Shown here: piece by piece, positions 25,070-34,055 of the stretch
How the letters are laid out: each line of letters opens with the position of its first letter
Numbering within the stretch: the stretch's first letter is position 1
Source: a virus
Taxonomy: Duplodnaviria > Caudoviricetes
Direction: 5' to 3' (one strand)
Virus record (IMG/VR): IMGVR_UViG_3300010222_000011
Coordinates: 1 to 34,055 of that record
DNA: 34,055 nucleotides
The notes under the pieces: generated by a model
Told to the model about the DNA's origin: nothing
The model's database searches: none
What the model saw: the letters and a program-made list of their open reading frames with translations, nothing else
Made by a program: the position numbers and the translations under genes

Positions 25070-25583
25070 GTTTCACCACCTCCACCAGTAAAATAATTAG
25101 GCTGCCGGCTTTCATCCAAGCCACAGACTGATTATTCAACACGATAAAGTAGTAAGCGGCTAGTGTGACTCCGGTAATGTAGTAAAACATTTCCAAGCCA
25201 AACGCATCAAGTCTCTGCCAAAAATTACTTTCATCACCTAAGTCATTAATGCTGTCTTTCAAAACTTTGTAACCCCCCATCAAAACCAAAGATGCAGTAA
25301 GCGGATGCAGTTCAAACACCAATCCGGTTCCCAATAATCCGTACAGTAGTGCATCGTTTTTATCGTAGTCAAAGTCACGGCCCTTCTTCCTCAACTTTTC
25401 CAAAGTATTAATTGAATGGACCTGGCTTTGCTGCTGTAAAAGGTTCTCCAGCATAGACCGGTCGCCTTCGTTCTCCCATTGGTCGTATGCCTCAACCCAT
25501 TTACTCTCGTAATCTTCTTTGTTTTGTTGTGTTTCTAGTTTTTCCTTTATTTCCTCCAAGCTATCATCGTTTTCACGGCCCAA
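25053..25583 (-). CDS. Multi-pass membrane protein, 176 aa
   Basis: Charged N-terminus plus four hydrophobic segments; same architecture as its neighbour. Confidence 0.7.
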   Translation of the reverse strand: MGRENDDSLEEIKEKLETQQNKEDYESKWVEAYDQWENEGDRSMLENLLQQQSQVHSINTLEKLRKKGRDFDYDKNDALLYGLLGTGLVFELHPLTASLVLMGGYKVLKDSINDLGDESNFWQRLDAFGLEMFYYITGVTLAAYYFIVLNNQSVAWMKAGSLIILLVEVVKLAGIQ

Positions 25584-25588
25584 GTCGG

Positions 25589-25846
25589 TCAGTTACTACC
25601 ACCCTTACTTTCATTGGGTTGAACACATACCTTTCTCTCGTAATCATAGTAAGCACTATTATTATCCTCGTTGAAGTGTTGTGTGAGCTTGCAGGCAGTA
25701 ACATTTGTTTCAAAACCTATATCCTGGTCCTGCACGTTTTGAGGTCTTAGTTCGCTGTTTATGTAGAAACCGGTTAACAGGAATACAACCAGTAGGACTG
25801 CGGCAAATACTCCGATGTAGAAATCTGTATGCTTCAAAGGATCCAT
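25589..25846 (-). CDS. Single-pass membrane protein, 85 aa
   Basis: TM helix FYIGVFAAVLLVVFLLTGFYI; external domain with two Cys. Confidence 0.7.
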   Translation of the reverse strand: MDPLKHTDFYIGVFAAVLLVVFLLTGFYINSELRPQNVQDQDIGFETNVTACKLTQHFNEDNNSAYYDYERKVCVQPNESKGGSN

Positions 25847-25894
25847 TTATAAACAAGTTATGAAAGCGCTCAGTTAAAAACTTTGCCTGACAAC

Positions 25895-26119
25895 TTATAA
25901 AACGTGTTTCTCTCCGGTCACATCAGGTACATTGTCTGCTTCACGGTTCTTTAAATGCTGCCGGACATGTTTCTTCCAATCTTTGACCTGGCCAGGCTTC
26001 AAATTAAACCATCTATCATTTTTGCCTTCAATATCGAAACTGACTTTGATTCTTACAGCTTGCGGGTTTTCCTTACTGGGAATGTATTCTTGTTCTACGG
26101 CTTCAAAATGCTGACTCAT
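25895..26119 (-). CDS. 74-aa protein at the end of the tail module (possible fibre chaperone)
   Basis: Follows the hub gene; AAGGA RBS. Confidence 0.55.
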   Translation of the reverse strand: MSQHFEAVEQEYIPSKENPQAVRIKVSFDIEGKNDRWFNLKPGQVKDWKKHVRQHLKNREADNVPDVTGEKHVL

Positions 26120-26133
26120 AAATTATTCCTTAC

Positions 26134-28179
26134 CTATCTGTCTGTTTTTTCTTCTGTAGCTGTATTAATGTTTTGCCCGTCCTCGGTTCTGCCTTCCAAC
26201 CGGTGTGTGCTGGAGTCATTTGTACCGCCGTGCCCAGCATCTGAAGCACCTACGTTATGGTCGTGGCTGTCCGTGTTCCCGCTGGTGCTGTGATCATGGA
26301 AACCTAATGCATCAAGTGTTTGATCAATACTTATTTCAGCGGCTGAACCTGTTTCGTTTTCCACAGTTGTCTCTATTTGATCGCCGTCCGTTATCTCTCT
26401 TTCAATTATTGTGATTGTTCGGGCGGTACTGTTTTGAACCAGGCTGATTTCTTCGAAGAAGTACTGGTTGTTGCTGCTTTTGTTTTCTATTATTACGTCA
26501 ATGTCGCCGGCGCTTCCGTTGAAGGAAACGTTTACACTTATTAGAAGGTATTCTGTGAAGTTGGTTGAGAGATCAGGTGCGTTGTCCGAAACACTTATTG
26601 AACTGTTGTCTGATACTGTGGCACCTGTTTCCCTGTATTCGTACTGTCCTTCTGCTATAGGGAATCCTGTGCTTCCATTGGTGTCAGGGCTTTTGCTTTG
26701 CTCGCTTGTGCTTACATCTGCATTCGCTGTCTGTGTGTAACTGTTTTGCGTGTCAATGTTTTGACCGCCGACATCTTGTTGGCTGCCTGGGTATAAACGG
26801 CTGCGTTCATCTCTCAGGTTTTCTCTGCCTGTGGCTGCACGTTCTAGGTTCTCTTTCTCAAATTCTAGCTCTAGTTCTGTACTGGCTTCCGGCCAGTAGT
26901 TCCGTTGCTGTACCACAGTAAATGTATCATCAATGTTACGTGTGTTGTCCACGACCTGCACGCTGTCGTTGACGATGTTGTTGGAGAATACACTGGTTTT
27001 CAGGGTTCCGGATTCCGGTATCTCTGTTTTATCTGTTCCATCATTTTTTAAACCGGGCTGCAGGAAGTTTTCAGCAATGCTGTCGGCTTCGTTATTGTTT
27101 TGGACGTAACCGATTTTTATTTTTTTGAAGCGTTCGCCGTACTCGTTTTTGATCGTACTGTTCTCTGCTGTCCCTGTGACTTTGTCTCCGTCTGTGTTGG
27201 TGGCTTCTACTCTTACTTTGTTGATTATTTCATCTGTTTTTTCTTTTTCCCAGGTTTTGAAGATTGCTTGGCCGCCGGGAATGATTGTGCCGTCTGCAGT
27301 ACTATCCGTTATGTTGTCTTTTACTTCTATGTTGGTTTGGTTGTTGGAACTGTCGAAACTAAGGTCTTTGATTGTATATGTACCGTTGTTACCGGTTGAT
27401 TGAATGACTTCTATTTCCTGGTCTACAGCCATTTCACTGGTTACATCGCCGTTAACTTTGAATACGTTGTTACCGGTATCGACCCCTGTTATTTGATGTG
27501 AACTGGCTTGACTGTTCGGTATTAAAGTTGTGACTGTGCCGCCGTAACCAACCGGTTCATACTTTACCTCTGCATCACCGTTACTGTCTATATTACCTGT
27601 AAATGTTAATGCATAACTATAGTTCCGGGAAAGCTCGTAGTATCCTTTCTCACGATCTGCCTCACCGTTTTTACTTAAAGTATAATTATCTACACCTGGA
27701 GCTGAAACATCGCCAGGTATTTTGGCAACGTAGCCCTGGGGCAGGACACTGTTCAAAGCTGCTTCAGTATCACTGCTTACATCAACAGTTTGGCTTGGCT
27801 GTTGTCCTGTGTAACGCATAAAGCTGTAAAGTTTCCAGGCCAGATTCCCGTTTTCATCTATTGTTCCCTTGTTTTTAGGGTAGAACCGGTTCTTTAACTC
27901 AAAGCTTCCGGTTTCCGGGTTGTATTGTTTGTAACGGATTTCCGGTTCATTGGTTCCGTTGCTGCTGGTGCCGAACTCGCTTTTACGTGTCGGTATCTCG
28001 TTTCCAAAGTTTTCTCCTTCAAGCCAGACCTTCAACATATCAGGATCATTTTTTCTACGGATATGGACGTGGCGTTCAATCGCCAAGGCGCCAGTGTTTT
28101 GAAATGCTTCAGCTATTATCTGAGTGTTCCCGTTGTTGTCTGTGTATTCTAGTTTCCAGCGCCGACTAGTGTTTACCAC
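26134..28179 (-). CDS. Tail tip hub / central fibre protein, 681 aa
   Basis: IINKVRV...EYGER...A..IA..L hub motifs, an inserted beta domain (STGNNGTYTI), and C-terminal HDH..HDH. Confidence 0.7.
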   Translation of the reverse strand: MVNTSRRWKLEYTDNNGNTQIIAEAFQNTGALAIERHVHIRRKNDPDMLKVWLEGENFGNEIPTRKSEFGTSSNGTNEPEIRYKQYNPETGSFELKNRFYPKNKGTIDENGNLAWKLYSFMRYTGQQPSQTVDVSSDTEAALNSVLPQGYVAKIPGDVSAPGVDNYTLSKNGEADREKGYYELSRNYSYALTFTGNIDSNGDAEVKYEPVGYGGTVTTLIPNSQASSHQITGVDTGNNVFKVNGDVTSEMAVDQEIEVIQSTGNNGTYTIKDLSFDSSNNQTNIEVKDNITDSTADGTIIPGGQAIFKTWEKEKTDEIINKVRVEATNTDGDKVTGTAENSTIKNEYGERFKKIKIGYVQNNNEADSIAENFLQPGLKNDGTDKTEIPESGTLKTSVFSNNIVNDSVQVVDNTRNIDDTFTVVQQRNYWPEASTELELEFEKENLERAATGRENLRDERSRLYPGSQQDVGGQNIDTQNSYTQTANADVSTSEQSKSPDTNGSTGFPIAEGQYEYRETGATVSDNSSISVSDNAPDLSTNFTEYLLISVNVSFNGSAGDIDVIIENKSSNNQYFFEEISLVQNSTARTITIIEREITDGDQIETTVENETGSAAEISIDQTLDALGFHDHSTSGNTDSHDHNVGASDAGHGGTNDSSTHRLEGRTEDGQNINTATEEKTDR

Positions 28180-28181
28180 TA

Positions 28182-28679
28182 CTAGATTGTCACCCCTAGT
28201 TTCATGTTTATCTCGGCTTCCGCTGCTTTCCGACCGGCCACACGCCTATGATTAATGTTCTCTATAACTACGTTGGTGCCTTCGCCGTTCCCGTTTCCGT
28301 CCCTGTCTGTGAACCGGCCGCCGAACAGTAGCCAACGCGGGTTACTGGTGTTGTCAGCGATATACTCTGTAATCCAAATCACTTGCTCCTTCACTGTTGT
28401 AACTGTGTCGTTGGAGAACCTTGAATCACTGATACCGGAACTGCTTAGGGATCCGTTGCTTTTATCCTCCCCGTTATCGTAGATTGTCCATTCCAAGGAA
28501 GGGTTTTCTTGGCCTGGCTGGAAAGCAAAATGCCGTGCTGCCTCCGGATCTTGGTTGCTGATTGTTGTCAAGTTTCTTTCCCGGCCATCAGGTTTACGTT
28601 TCACCAAAGGCTCAAAACTGTACTCCAAATCAACGCTGTACGCTGAAAAGTTGTTTTGGAGAACGATTTTGAAGGTCAT
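28182..28679 (-). CDS. Distal tail (Dit-like) protein, 165 aa
   Basis: Position after the tape measure; size; beta-rich. Confidence 0.5.
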   Translation of the reverse strand: MTFKIVLQNNFSAYSVDLEYSFEPLVKRKPDGRERNLTTISNQDPEAARHFAFQPGQENPSLEWTIYDNGEDKSNGSLSSSGISDSRFSNDTVTTVKEQVIWITEYIADNTSNPRWLLFGGRFTDRDGNGNGEGTNVVIENINHRRVAGRKAAEAEINMKLGVTI

Positions 28680-29329
28680 GGACCAGTGCTGCCTCCACCC
28701 AGTCTCTCCTTTATCGGGTCATCAATACTGTTTTTAATATAATCTTTTGTAACTTCACCGGTTTGATCCGCTGTCTTACTTGGATCGGTTAAGAACTCTG
28801 AAACCAGGCCAGCCGATCCGTTGCCAGAGCTGGAACTGCTTGAAGAGCCGCCGCCTTCTATTTGATCCTTCAACAACCTGAACAGTTCTGCGCCGGTACT
28901 ACTGGTTACAGCACCTTTTACATCACCTTGTAAGAGGCTTGGAACACCTCCCAACGTCAGGTTCCGGGCTGTATTGGCAGCACTGCCTGTATTACTGGCA
29001 ACATCATTCACAAAATTTATTACCGGCCGCAGAAAATCAGCTATATCCTCAATAACCGGTACCAAAAAACGCGAGATAGCTCCTAGGATTGCTCCAAGTA
29101 AAGCCGTAATAGGTTTCAGACCTGAAAGCAAAGCCAGTAAGCCTGTAGCTTTCAAAGCTGTTCTAAATCCTCCTGCAATACTGCTTTCTCTTTGATCACG
29201 TTCAGCCGGAGACAAATCATCATCGTTGCCTCCTCCTTGATTGTTTACATCTGCCTCCAACTCATTGTTTACTTCTTCAACTTGGCTGTCATCAATTTCC
29301 AGCATTGCATCTAACTCAAAATCCGGCAT
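28676..29329 (-). CDS. Very short tape measure protein, 217 aa
   Basis: Directly after the G/GT chaperones; A/G/L-rich amphipathic helices with periodic Pro (LKPI, LVPV, LRPV). Confidence 0.6.
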   Translation of the reverse strand: MPDFELDAMLEIDDSQVEEVNNELEADVNNQGGGNDDDLSPAERDQRESSIAGGFRTALKATGLLALLSGLKPITALLGAILGAISRFLVPVIEDIADFLRPVINFVNDVASNTGSAANTARNLTLGGVPSLLQGDVKGAVTSSTGAELFRLLKDQIEGGGSSSSSSSGNGSAGLVSEFLTDPSKTADQTGEVTKDYIKNSIDDPIKERLGGGSTGP

Positions 29330-29330
29330 C

Positions 29331-29573
29331 TTACTGGGTTACACCTTGCATTTTTTGTTTCATTTTTCTCTGCTCCCGTGATTTTTGTTCATTGATTTTG
29401 GTTTGAATCATTGATACGAGTTCTGCATCAATTTTTGATACGTTTTCCAGATCAACTGAAAACCTTTCTGTCATTTTAAACAACTTTACTGCCTCACATA
29501 TTTCCGGGTCATCAATACTAGGGCTGTGATTCTTGGCCCATAAATCTACGTAACTATCTAGCTTCCTTGATTT
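29331..29573 (-). CDS. -1 frame extension (T part) of the tail assembly chaperone GT, 80 aa
   Basis: Open -1 frame from the A9 run: KSRKLDSYVDLWAKNH...MQGVTQ*. Its stop lies 1 nt before the tape measure ATG. Confidence 0.8.
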   Translation of the reverse strand, partial: KSRKLDSYVDLWAKNHSPSIDDPEICEAVKLFKMTERFSVDLENVSKIDAELVSMIQTKINEQKSREQRKMKQKMQGVTQ

Positions 29574-29896
29574 TTTTTTAACTTGACATCAAGTTCTTCC
29601 GGGTCATCACCGTACATCTTTATTATTTGTTTAACAGTCTTGACTTTTACTTCATCTAGATCAATGTTTTGATGGTTCAGTATTGCCTGTGCTATTGCTT
29701 CTTGAAGCTCTACGATGAACTGGTCTTGGTTTATCTGAATCTCCTGAATCTCTCCATTTCTATCGGTTGTTGCGTTAAGTTTCAAAGTTTTCTCTATCGG
29801 TTTATATTCCTGCCAGGAAAGGTCGTAAAGATTGTCGGGAAAACCTAGTTTTTCTGTTTTTCCGTCCCTAAAATTTACTTTAATAGTTTTGGTCAC
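29558..29896 (-). CDS. Tail assembly chaperone G, 112 aa
   Basis: Between tail tube and tape measure; ends TTA AAA AAA AAT CAA GGA AGC TAG. Confidence 0.8.
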   Translation of the reverse strand: MTKTIKVNFRDGKTEKLGFPDNLYDLSWQEYKPIEKTLKLNATTDRNGEIQEIQINQDQFIVELQEAIAQAILNHQNIDLDEVKVKTVKQIIKMYGDDPEELDVKLKKNQGS

Positions 29897-30780
29897 AGGT
29901 TACGCACCTTGATGTTTTCCGCAAAAATGTTTAGTTCTATTGTACGGGTTTCCTTGTCTTCAAGCATTTCAAATTCATTGATCTCCAGTTTGGCGTTAGT
30001 TACTACTAGTTCGCCGTTACCTTGGCCGAAGTCAAAACTGATTTCATTGACTGGGCTGCGTTTGTCCTGTACTTGTAACGGGAAACTGTTGTTGTCTAAC
30101 AGTTTTTTCCAGGGCTCTGCGTCCTCTACCTTGACCACGAACGATGGTTGAATGCTGAAGTTACCTTCCACTATCTCTGCTGGTTCCCGGCCACGGCCCA
30201 GACCATACTCCGGCGAAATGTTCCGGTCTAACATAGATCCGGCAATCGACTCTACGGTTCCAAACTGGTTGCCATCAATTTTGACCTTGGTATCTTTCCA
30301 CTGCAACGGATTGCAGTCAGGGTCAAAACTTGCGGTACCGGAATCCACTATCTCCCCGTTTTTGGCTTGTATCGGGTCAAAAGTTATTGTCAAGGTTTCA
30401 TCGACACCGGATTCCAATGTGAAGCCTCCGTTTTTGAAATCGGTGAACTTGAAGCTTTTACCCGGTACATATTCTCCTTTCAAGACTTGGTGTTCCGGCA
30501 GTTTTTCATCGAAAACTATGGTCCCGTTACTGCTGTCAAATGTTCCCATCAACTTCAGGATCTCCAGCGTTTCTGGTTTTGTTGTCAGAGAAGCACGGTT
30601 TTCTACCGGGCCGTCCTGTATCACCGCGGGCTTGCCTTTTGTAGTTACTCCTCGTTCCTCCCTGCTGGATTCATCGATGATAAAGTTTGCCGAACCAAAT
30701 GCCCCGACCAAACTGGTTACGTTGTTGCCGTTTGAATCCACTATTTTGATGTCTTCCGCTAACCCTGAACTTATTGTCAT
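29893..30780 (-). CDS. Major tail tube protein, 295 aa
   Basis: Position after the tail completion gene; beta-rich; YGLGRGREP..I.EG motif of tube proteins. Confidence 0.75.
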   Translation of the reverse strand: MTISSGLAEDIKIVDSNGNNVTSLVGAFGSANFIIDESSREERGVTTKGKPAVIQDGPVENRASLTTKPETLEILKLMGTFDSSNGTIVFDEKLPEHQVLKGEYVPGKSFKFTDFKNGGFTLESGVDETLTITFDPIQAKNGEIVDSGTASFDPDCNPLQWKDTKVKIDGNQFGTVESIAGSMLDRNISPEYGLGRGREPAEIVEGNFSIQPSFVVKVEDAEPWKKLLDNNSFPLQVQDKRSPVNEISFDFGQGNGELVVTNAKLEINEFEMLEDKETRTIELNIFAENIKVRNL

Positions 30781-30784
30781 AATA

Positions 30785-31267
30785 TTATTTTATAGTCCTC
30801 AGTTCTGCATCAATATTGTTTTGTAGTACACTGTTTTTACTGTCCTGTACAAGTGTTTCGTTTGTTGTCAAAAAATAATGCACACAGTCATCTACTTCTT
30901 TGAACTTGCTTTGGTTACTGTTCAAAATCTCTGTAACTCTTTGATTTAAGTAAGAAATGATCTCCCGTGGACCTTCCTTTTCGCCGTCGTTATCTATGTC
31001 AAACTTGTTGTTGACATGGCAGAAAACCGAGATCTGGACCTGTGTATCTACTTGACGGTCCGTGCTTCCTACACTGAATCCTGTATGCGTTGCACTTGTC
31101 TCCGTGATATGTATCCGGGGGTACTGGGCAATATCAAAACTTATGGGAATTGTGTAGATCCAGCGGTTGCTCCCGTTTCTATCATTGTTCGGATCATCAA
31201 TGTTTTCTTCCAGAACTGTCTGCAATTTTTCTACAGCATTAAAATTTACAGCTTCAGCATTAGCCAT
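30785..31267 (-). CDS. Tail completion/terminator protein, 160 aa
   Basis: YPRIHI...VQISVF pattern; synteny. Confidence 0.7.
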   Translation of the reverse strand: MANAEAVNFNAVEKLQTVLEENIDDPNNDRNGSNRWIYTIPISFDIAQYPRIHITETSATHTGFSVGSTDRQVDTQVQISVFCHVNNKFDIDNDGEKEGPREIISYLNQRVTEILNSNQSKFKEVDDCVHYFLTTNETLVQDSKNSVLQNNIDAELRTIK

Positions 31268-31359
31268 TTTTTTGATTCTCTTTTTCGCCCTCTTTGAATC
31301 TTAAAGGTCTTCACGGTAGCAGTTGGAAAACCCTTATCTTATTTATTGACTGTCTTTAT

Positions 31360-31641
31360 TTATAACTGTCCTGCTTTCAGTCGCTGTAATGCCGGTCTTA
31401 AGTAAGGATCCGGAGGACGGTTTACAGTGCCGAACTCTACATAAGGAGCGTACTCAACATTTGTACCGACTACAACTTTGGGCAAAGTATTCGTGTTAAT
31501 TACTTGTAAAGTAATACTTGAACGCAACCTACCGGTATCGACCGGTGCCTGTCTCTTACTTTCTCTTACAACTTTCAAACCTTTTTTCTTCAGTTCTTTC
31601 TTTATTTTTTGCCGGCCTTCATCTGTGATTTTGTTAGCCAT
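31360..31641 (-). CDS. HK97 gp10-family neck protein, 93 aa (start MANKI)
   Basis: APVDTGRLRSSI...VGTNVEYAPYVEFGT...PYLRPA. Confidence 0.9.
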   Translation of the reverse strand: MANKITDEGRQKIKKELKKKGLKVVRESKRQAPVDTGRLRSSITLQVINTNTLPKVVVGTNVEYAPYVEFGTVNRPPDPYLRPALQRLKAGQL

Positions 31642-31645
31642 AAAC

Positions 31646-32239
31646 CTATATACGGTGTCCGGGAAAGTTAAAGTTCGGTGCCAAAGTATCACCGGCATCC
31701 CTGTCATCAATATTTTGACTAGTCCGATTAATCTGCCGCACCAGATTTTGGCGTCGGTCCTGGTAGTTTTCGAACATTGCCCGTGTTTCATCATCACCGG
31801 TTTGTACTGCTGAAAGATTCATTATTTCTTCTAATGCCAGCATCAGTTCAAGGTCTTTGTACAAGCTGGGTTGGTAGAATACTCGGAGATTATAATCATT
31901 GTTGAAAAGGTTGTTTTCAGCCCATGAACTCTCAAATAATATTTTTGCCGGTGATTCTGTAAGACTGTAGTTTGATTCATCAACCTTTTTCGGCTGGGTA
32001 TGATTGTGCGTCCTAATCTCAACCTGAGTGATACTCTCTACCTGATTAAATGCCAGTGAGAACTCTCTTTGATCCTTGATGGTTGGCTGTATTTTTTCCT
32101 GTATACTATGGCCGACCAAACCACTTAATTTCCGGTTAGCGGAATCCAGTATGTCTTGTAGTTCCCATTGATCCGTGTTCGGCCCTAGAAACTTGAGCCG
32201 GGCCTGTAAGTCATCCGGTTCATTCAAACTATTTGTCAT
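31646..32239 (-). CDS. Head-tail adaptor-like protein, 197 aa
   Basis: Helical termini around a beta insert (VDESNYSL); precedes gp10. Confidence 0.6.
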   Translation of the reverse strand: MTNSLNEPDDLQARLKFLGPNTDQWELQDILDSANRKLSGLVGHSIQEKIQPTIKDQREFSLAFNQVESITQVEIRTHNHTQPKKVDESNYSLTESPAKILFESSWAENNLFNNDYNLRVFYQPSLYKDLELMLALEEIMNLSAVQTGDDETRAMFENYQDRRQNLVRQINRTSQNIDDRDAGDTLAPNFNFPGHRI

Positions 32240-33675
32240 TAGGCATCACCTTCAACTTCCACTGAAAAGAACCCGTCATTAGGGACGGACTCTGGGTCTT
32301 GGCCGCCGTTAAAGATTTTGAACTTCCCACGGTAAACACCTGTAGTTTCAATCACTGCATCACCTTTACTCCATTGATATTCTACTTTGCCGTTCTCTGC
32401 ATCAATAATACTTACTTCCTGATTAAGAACAGTTGTACTGATTCGATTTTTGATCTTTACTGTTACTTTGTCAACACTTCTCAAATCTATTGCGCCGTCT
32501 TCATCTTTCAATGTGGCTTTTAACGGATCTCCATAGTCGTTGACTGTGAACGTGTGCTGGGTCATTGCTACAAACTTATTCTTCGTTGTTATTAAAGTGG
32601 AACGGTTTGAACTGGTGATTACTGCAAAACAGTCACCCACAATGTCAAGCAAACGAGTCAAACCCGGAGCCAGTGATGTTAAAGATATTTTTGTTGTCGG
32701 TGTTTCCAGTTTCACGTTTCCGGTTCCGGAAACATTGGGGTTCGGTGTTTCCAGTTTGGCTGTGGTTGCCGGCATGTTAAGTTTTTCTGCCTGCAACGGT
32801 GTTTCCGATCCTACTGTTTTACTGGGTTCGGGTGTTGTATACGTCCTGATTTTAAGGTTGTCGTATCTTAGGTATCCTTGTCGGTCGAACTTGGTTCGGT
32901 TACCTAGTATGTAGCTTACGTCGCCGCCGGTGAAATCTGTTTCATTTTCCGCCAGATCGTTTTCCCCCTCTGTTATCAAAACGTTCTGGTTGTTTGCGGG
33001 ATCTACTTTGAAGGTAACTGTTTCAGGCGTGTTGTAGGATGCGGAGGCGGAGCTGTTGTTGCCGGCTCTGTCGTACACAAATTTTTCATCATTTTTCAGC
33101 CTGGAGAAAAAGGTTTGGTTGGAGAAGTCTTGGTTACCTGAGAAATCTATATAGTCTCGTGTGTTGTTTCCATCAGGATCTGCTATCGTTTTCTCCACCA
33201 AGATAGGGAAGGAGAAGGTTTGGTTAGGACTGAAGTATGAGACTTCGTTTCCGTCCTGACCTGCGTTCTCCCAGTACAGTTGGTTGTTGTCGAAACTGAA
33301 TTCGCCTGACAACTGTTTTTTATAATCGCTTAAGCTGTGGTAGTTTCCTGTGAAGTCGTCGTACCAGTTCCAACGAACACTGTTCCAATCATTTTCAACA
33401 TTCGAGGCGCTTGAGTTGCCGTAATAGATTCTGAAGTTCTTGGTTGTGGAAGCCGGTAAATCTGTTTTAAATGTTATGTCGAAGGTTCCATCAGCGTTGC
33501 CTTGGGCTGAATGCGTGATCAGGTTATCGTTCGCATCAGCAACTCTTATTGAGTCTCTGGAAGCTGTTCCGATGTCAACGTTTTGAACTACTAATGGATA
33601 ACTTTTTTGTTCTATACCTGAGTTTTCTGTAACATCTAGGTCTCGGAACAAGTTCCAGTCATCTGGGAAAACCAT
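32239..33675 (-). CDS. DUF2341-like domain plus C-terminal BppU-N-like domain protein, 478 aa
   Basis: W...L.V.E.SG...SIRV.D...DLPASTTK.FRIYYGN; C-terminal ND...L.ATL.D...IDL...DAENGKVEY.W..GD...G.Y. Confidence 0.75.
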   Translation of the reverse strand: MVFPDDWNLFRDLDVTENSGIEQKSYPLVVQNVDIGTASRDSIRVADANDNLITHSAQGNADGTFDITFKTDLPASTTKNFRIYYGNSSASNVENDWNSVRWNWYDDFTGNYHSLSDYKKQLSGEFSFDNNQLYWENAGQDGNEVSYFSPNQTFSFPILVEKTIADPDGNNTRDYIDFSGNQDFSNQTFFSRLKNDEKFVYDRAGNNSSASASYNTPETVTFKVDPANNQNVLITEGENDLAENETDFTGGDVSYILGNRTKFDRQGYLRYDNLKIRTYTTPEPSKTVGSETPLQAEKLNMPATTAKLETPNPNVSGTGNVKLETPTTKISLTSLAPGLTRLLDIVGDCFAVITSSNRSTLITTKNKFVAMTQHTFTVNDYGDPLKATLKDEDGAIDLRSVDKVTVKIKNRISTTVLNQEVSIIDAENGKVEYQWSKGDAVIETTGVYRGKFKIFNGGQDPESVPNDGFFSVEVEGDA

Positions 33676-33713
33676 TTTTAGTCTCTGCTACCTCTCTTTT
33701 TCTTACAATGTTT

Positions 33714-34055
33714 TCAGCCTATACTTAGAATGCCTTCGTTGCTCCAGACGATTTCAATGTTTGAACCGTTTGTAGTAAACGGGAAGTCGGCTACGTTTCC
33801 GGCGCTGTCATCGTCTAGGATTGTGATTATCGGGTCGTCGCCGGGCGTGGATTCGTCGCCGCCTACCTCTTTGTAGATCATGATGAACTGTATATCGGCG
33901 TTATCAAGGTTTGTGATTATTACGTTGTCTCCGGTGAAAACTCCTTCATCATCCGTGTTGTCTTGATTGGTGCTTGGGTTGGAGATGGTTTGCCTGTTGT
34001 AGCTTGTGCCGGAGCCGTTTCCGAATTCTTGGGCGGTGGTGCCGCCGTCAAAAAC
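33714..34055 (-). CDS. 3' part of the 159-aa origin-spanning structural protein
   Basis: In-frame continuation of the ORF starting at 193; TGA at 33716-14. Confidence 0.85.
   Translation of the reverse strand, partial: VFDGGTTAQEFGNGSGTSYNRQTISNPSTNQDNTDDEGVFTGDNVIITNLDNADIQFIMIYKEVGGDESTPGDDPIITILDDDSAGNVADFPFTTNGSNIEIVWSNEGILSIG
34001..34055. repeat. Terminal direct repeat, right copy
   Basis: Identical to 1-55. Confidence 0.97.

Noticed and set aside
1071-32914. All plus-strand ORFs in the track
   Set aside because: They are antisense shadows of minus-strand genes, with Ser/Phe/Leu-rich composition and no RBS or motifs.

Overview
The window is a complete circular genome of a head-tail (HK97-fold, siphovirus-like) virus: exactly 34,000 bp, closed by a 55-bp terminal overlap. 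Acidic Asp/Glu-rich proteins, archaeal TATA-type promoters, GGTGA/GAAGGT ribosome-binding sites, oligo-U terminators and visibly low GC point to a halophilic archaeal host, most plausibly a nanohaloarchaeon (inference). Every credible gene is on the minus strand. Gene order in the reading direction is: a control or origin-like non-coding region (about 24.05-24.49 kb), a small regulator/zincin operon, many small early genes (HTH, RHH, Zn-finger, two GIY-YIG, two ASCH-like), TerS, TerL, a portal-MuF-HTH fusion, a 4-gene insertion, prohead protease and MCP. Then come a roughly 7-kb fibre/LamG adhesin block crossing the contig ends, neck genes, tail tube, G/GT chaperones joined by a -1 frameshift, a very short tape measure, distal tail/hub and three membrane proteins. 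I recognise no polymerase, primase, helicase or integrase. The most novel signal is a putative ~145-nt pseudoknotted ncRNA (about 22350-22495) with its own TATA box and U7 terminator. It carries a 10-11-nt seed complementary to the conserved 5' end of early mRNAs made from a three-copy promoter. A second small three-way-junction RNA and an iteron/cruciform array bracket the same operon. All family assignments come from motif recognition by eye, not database searches.
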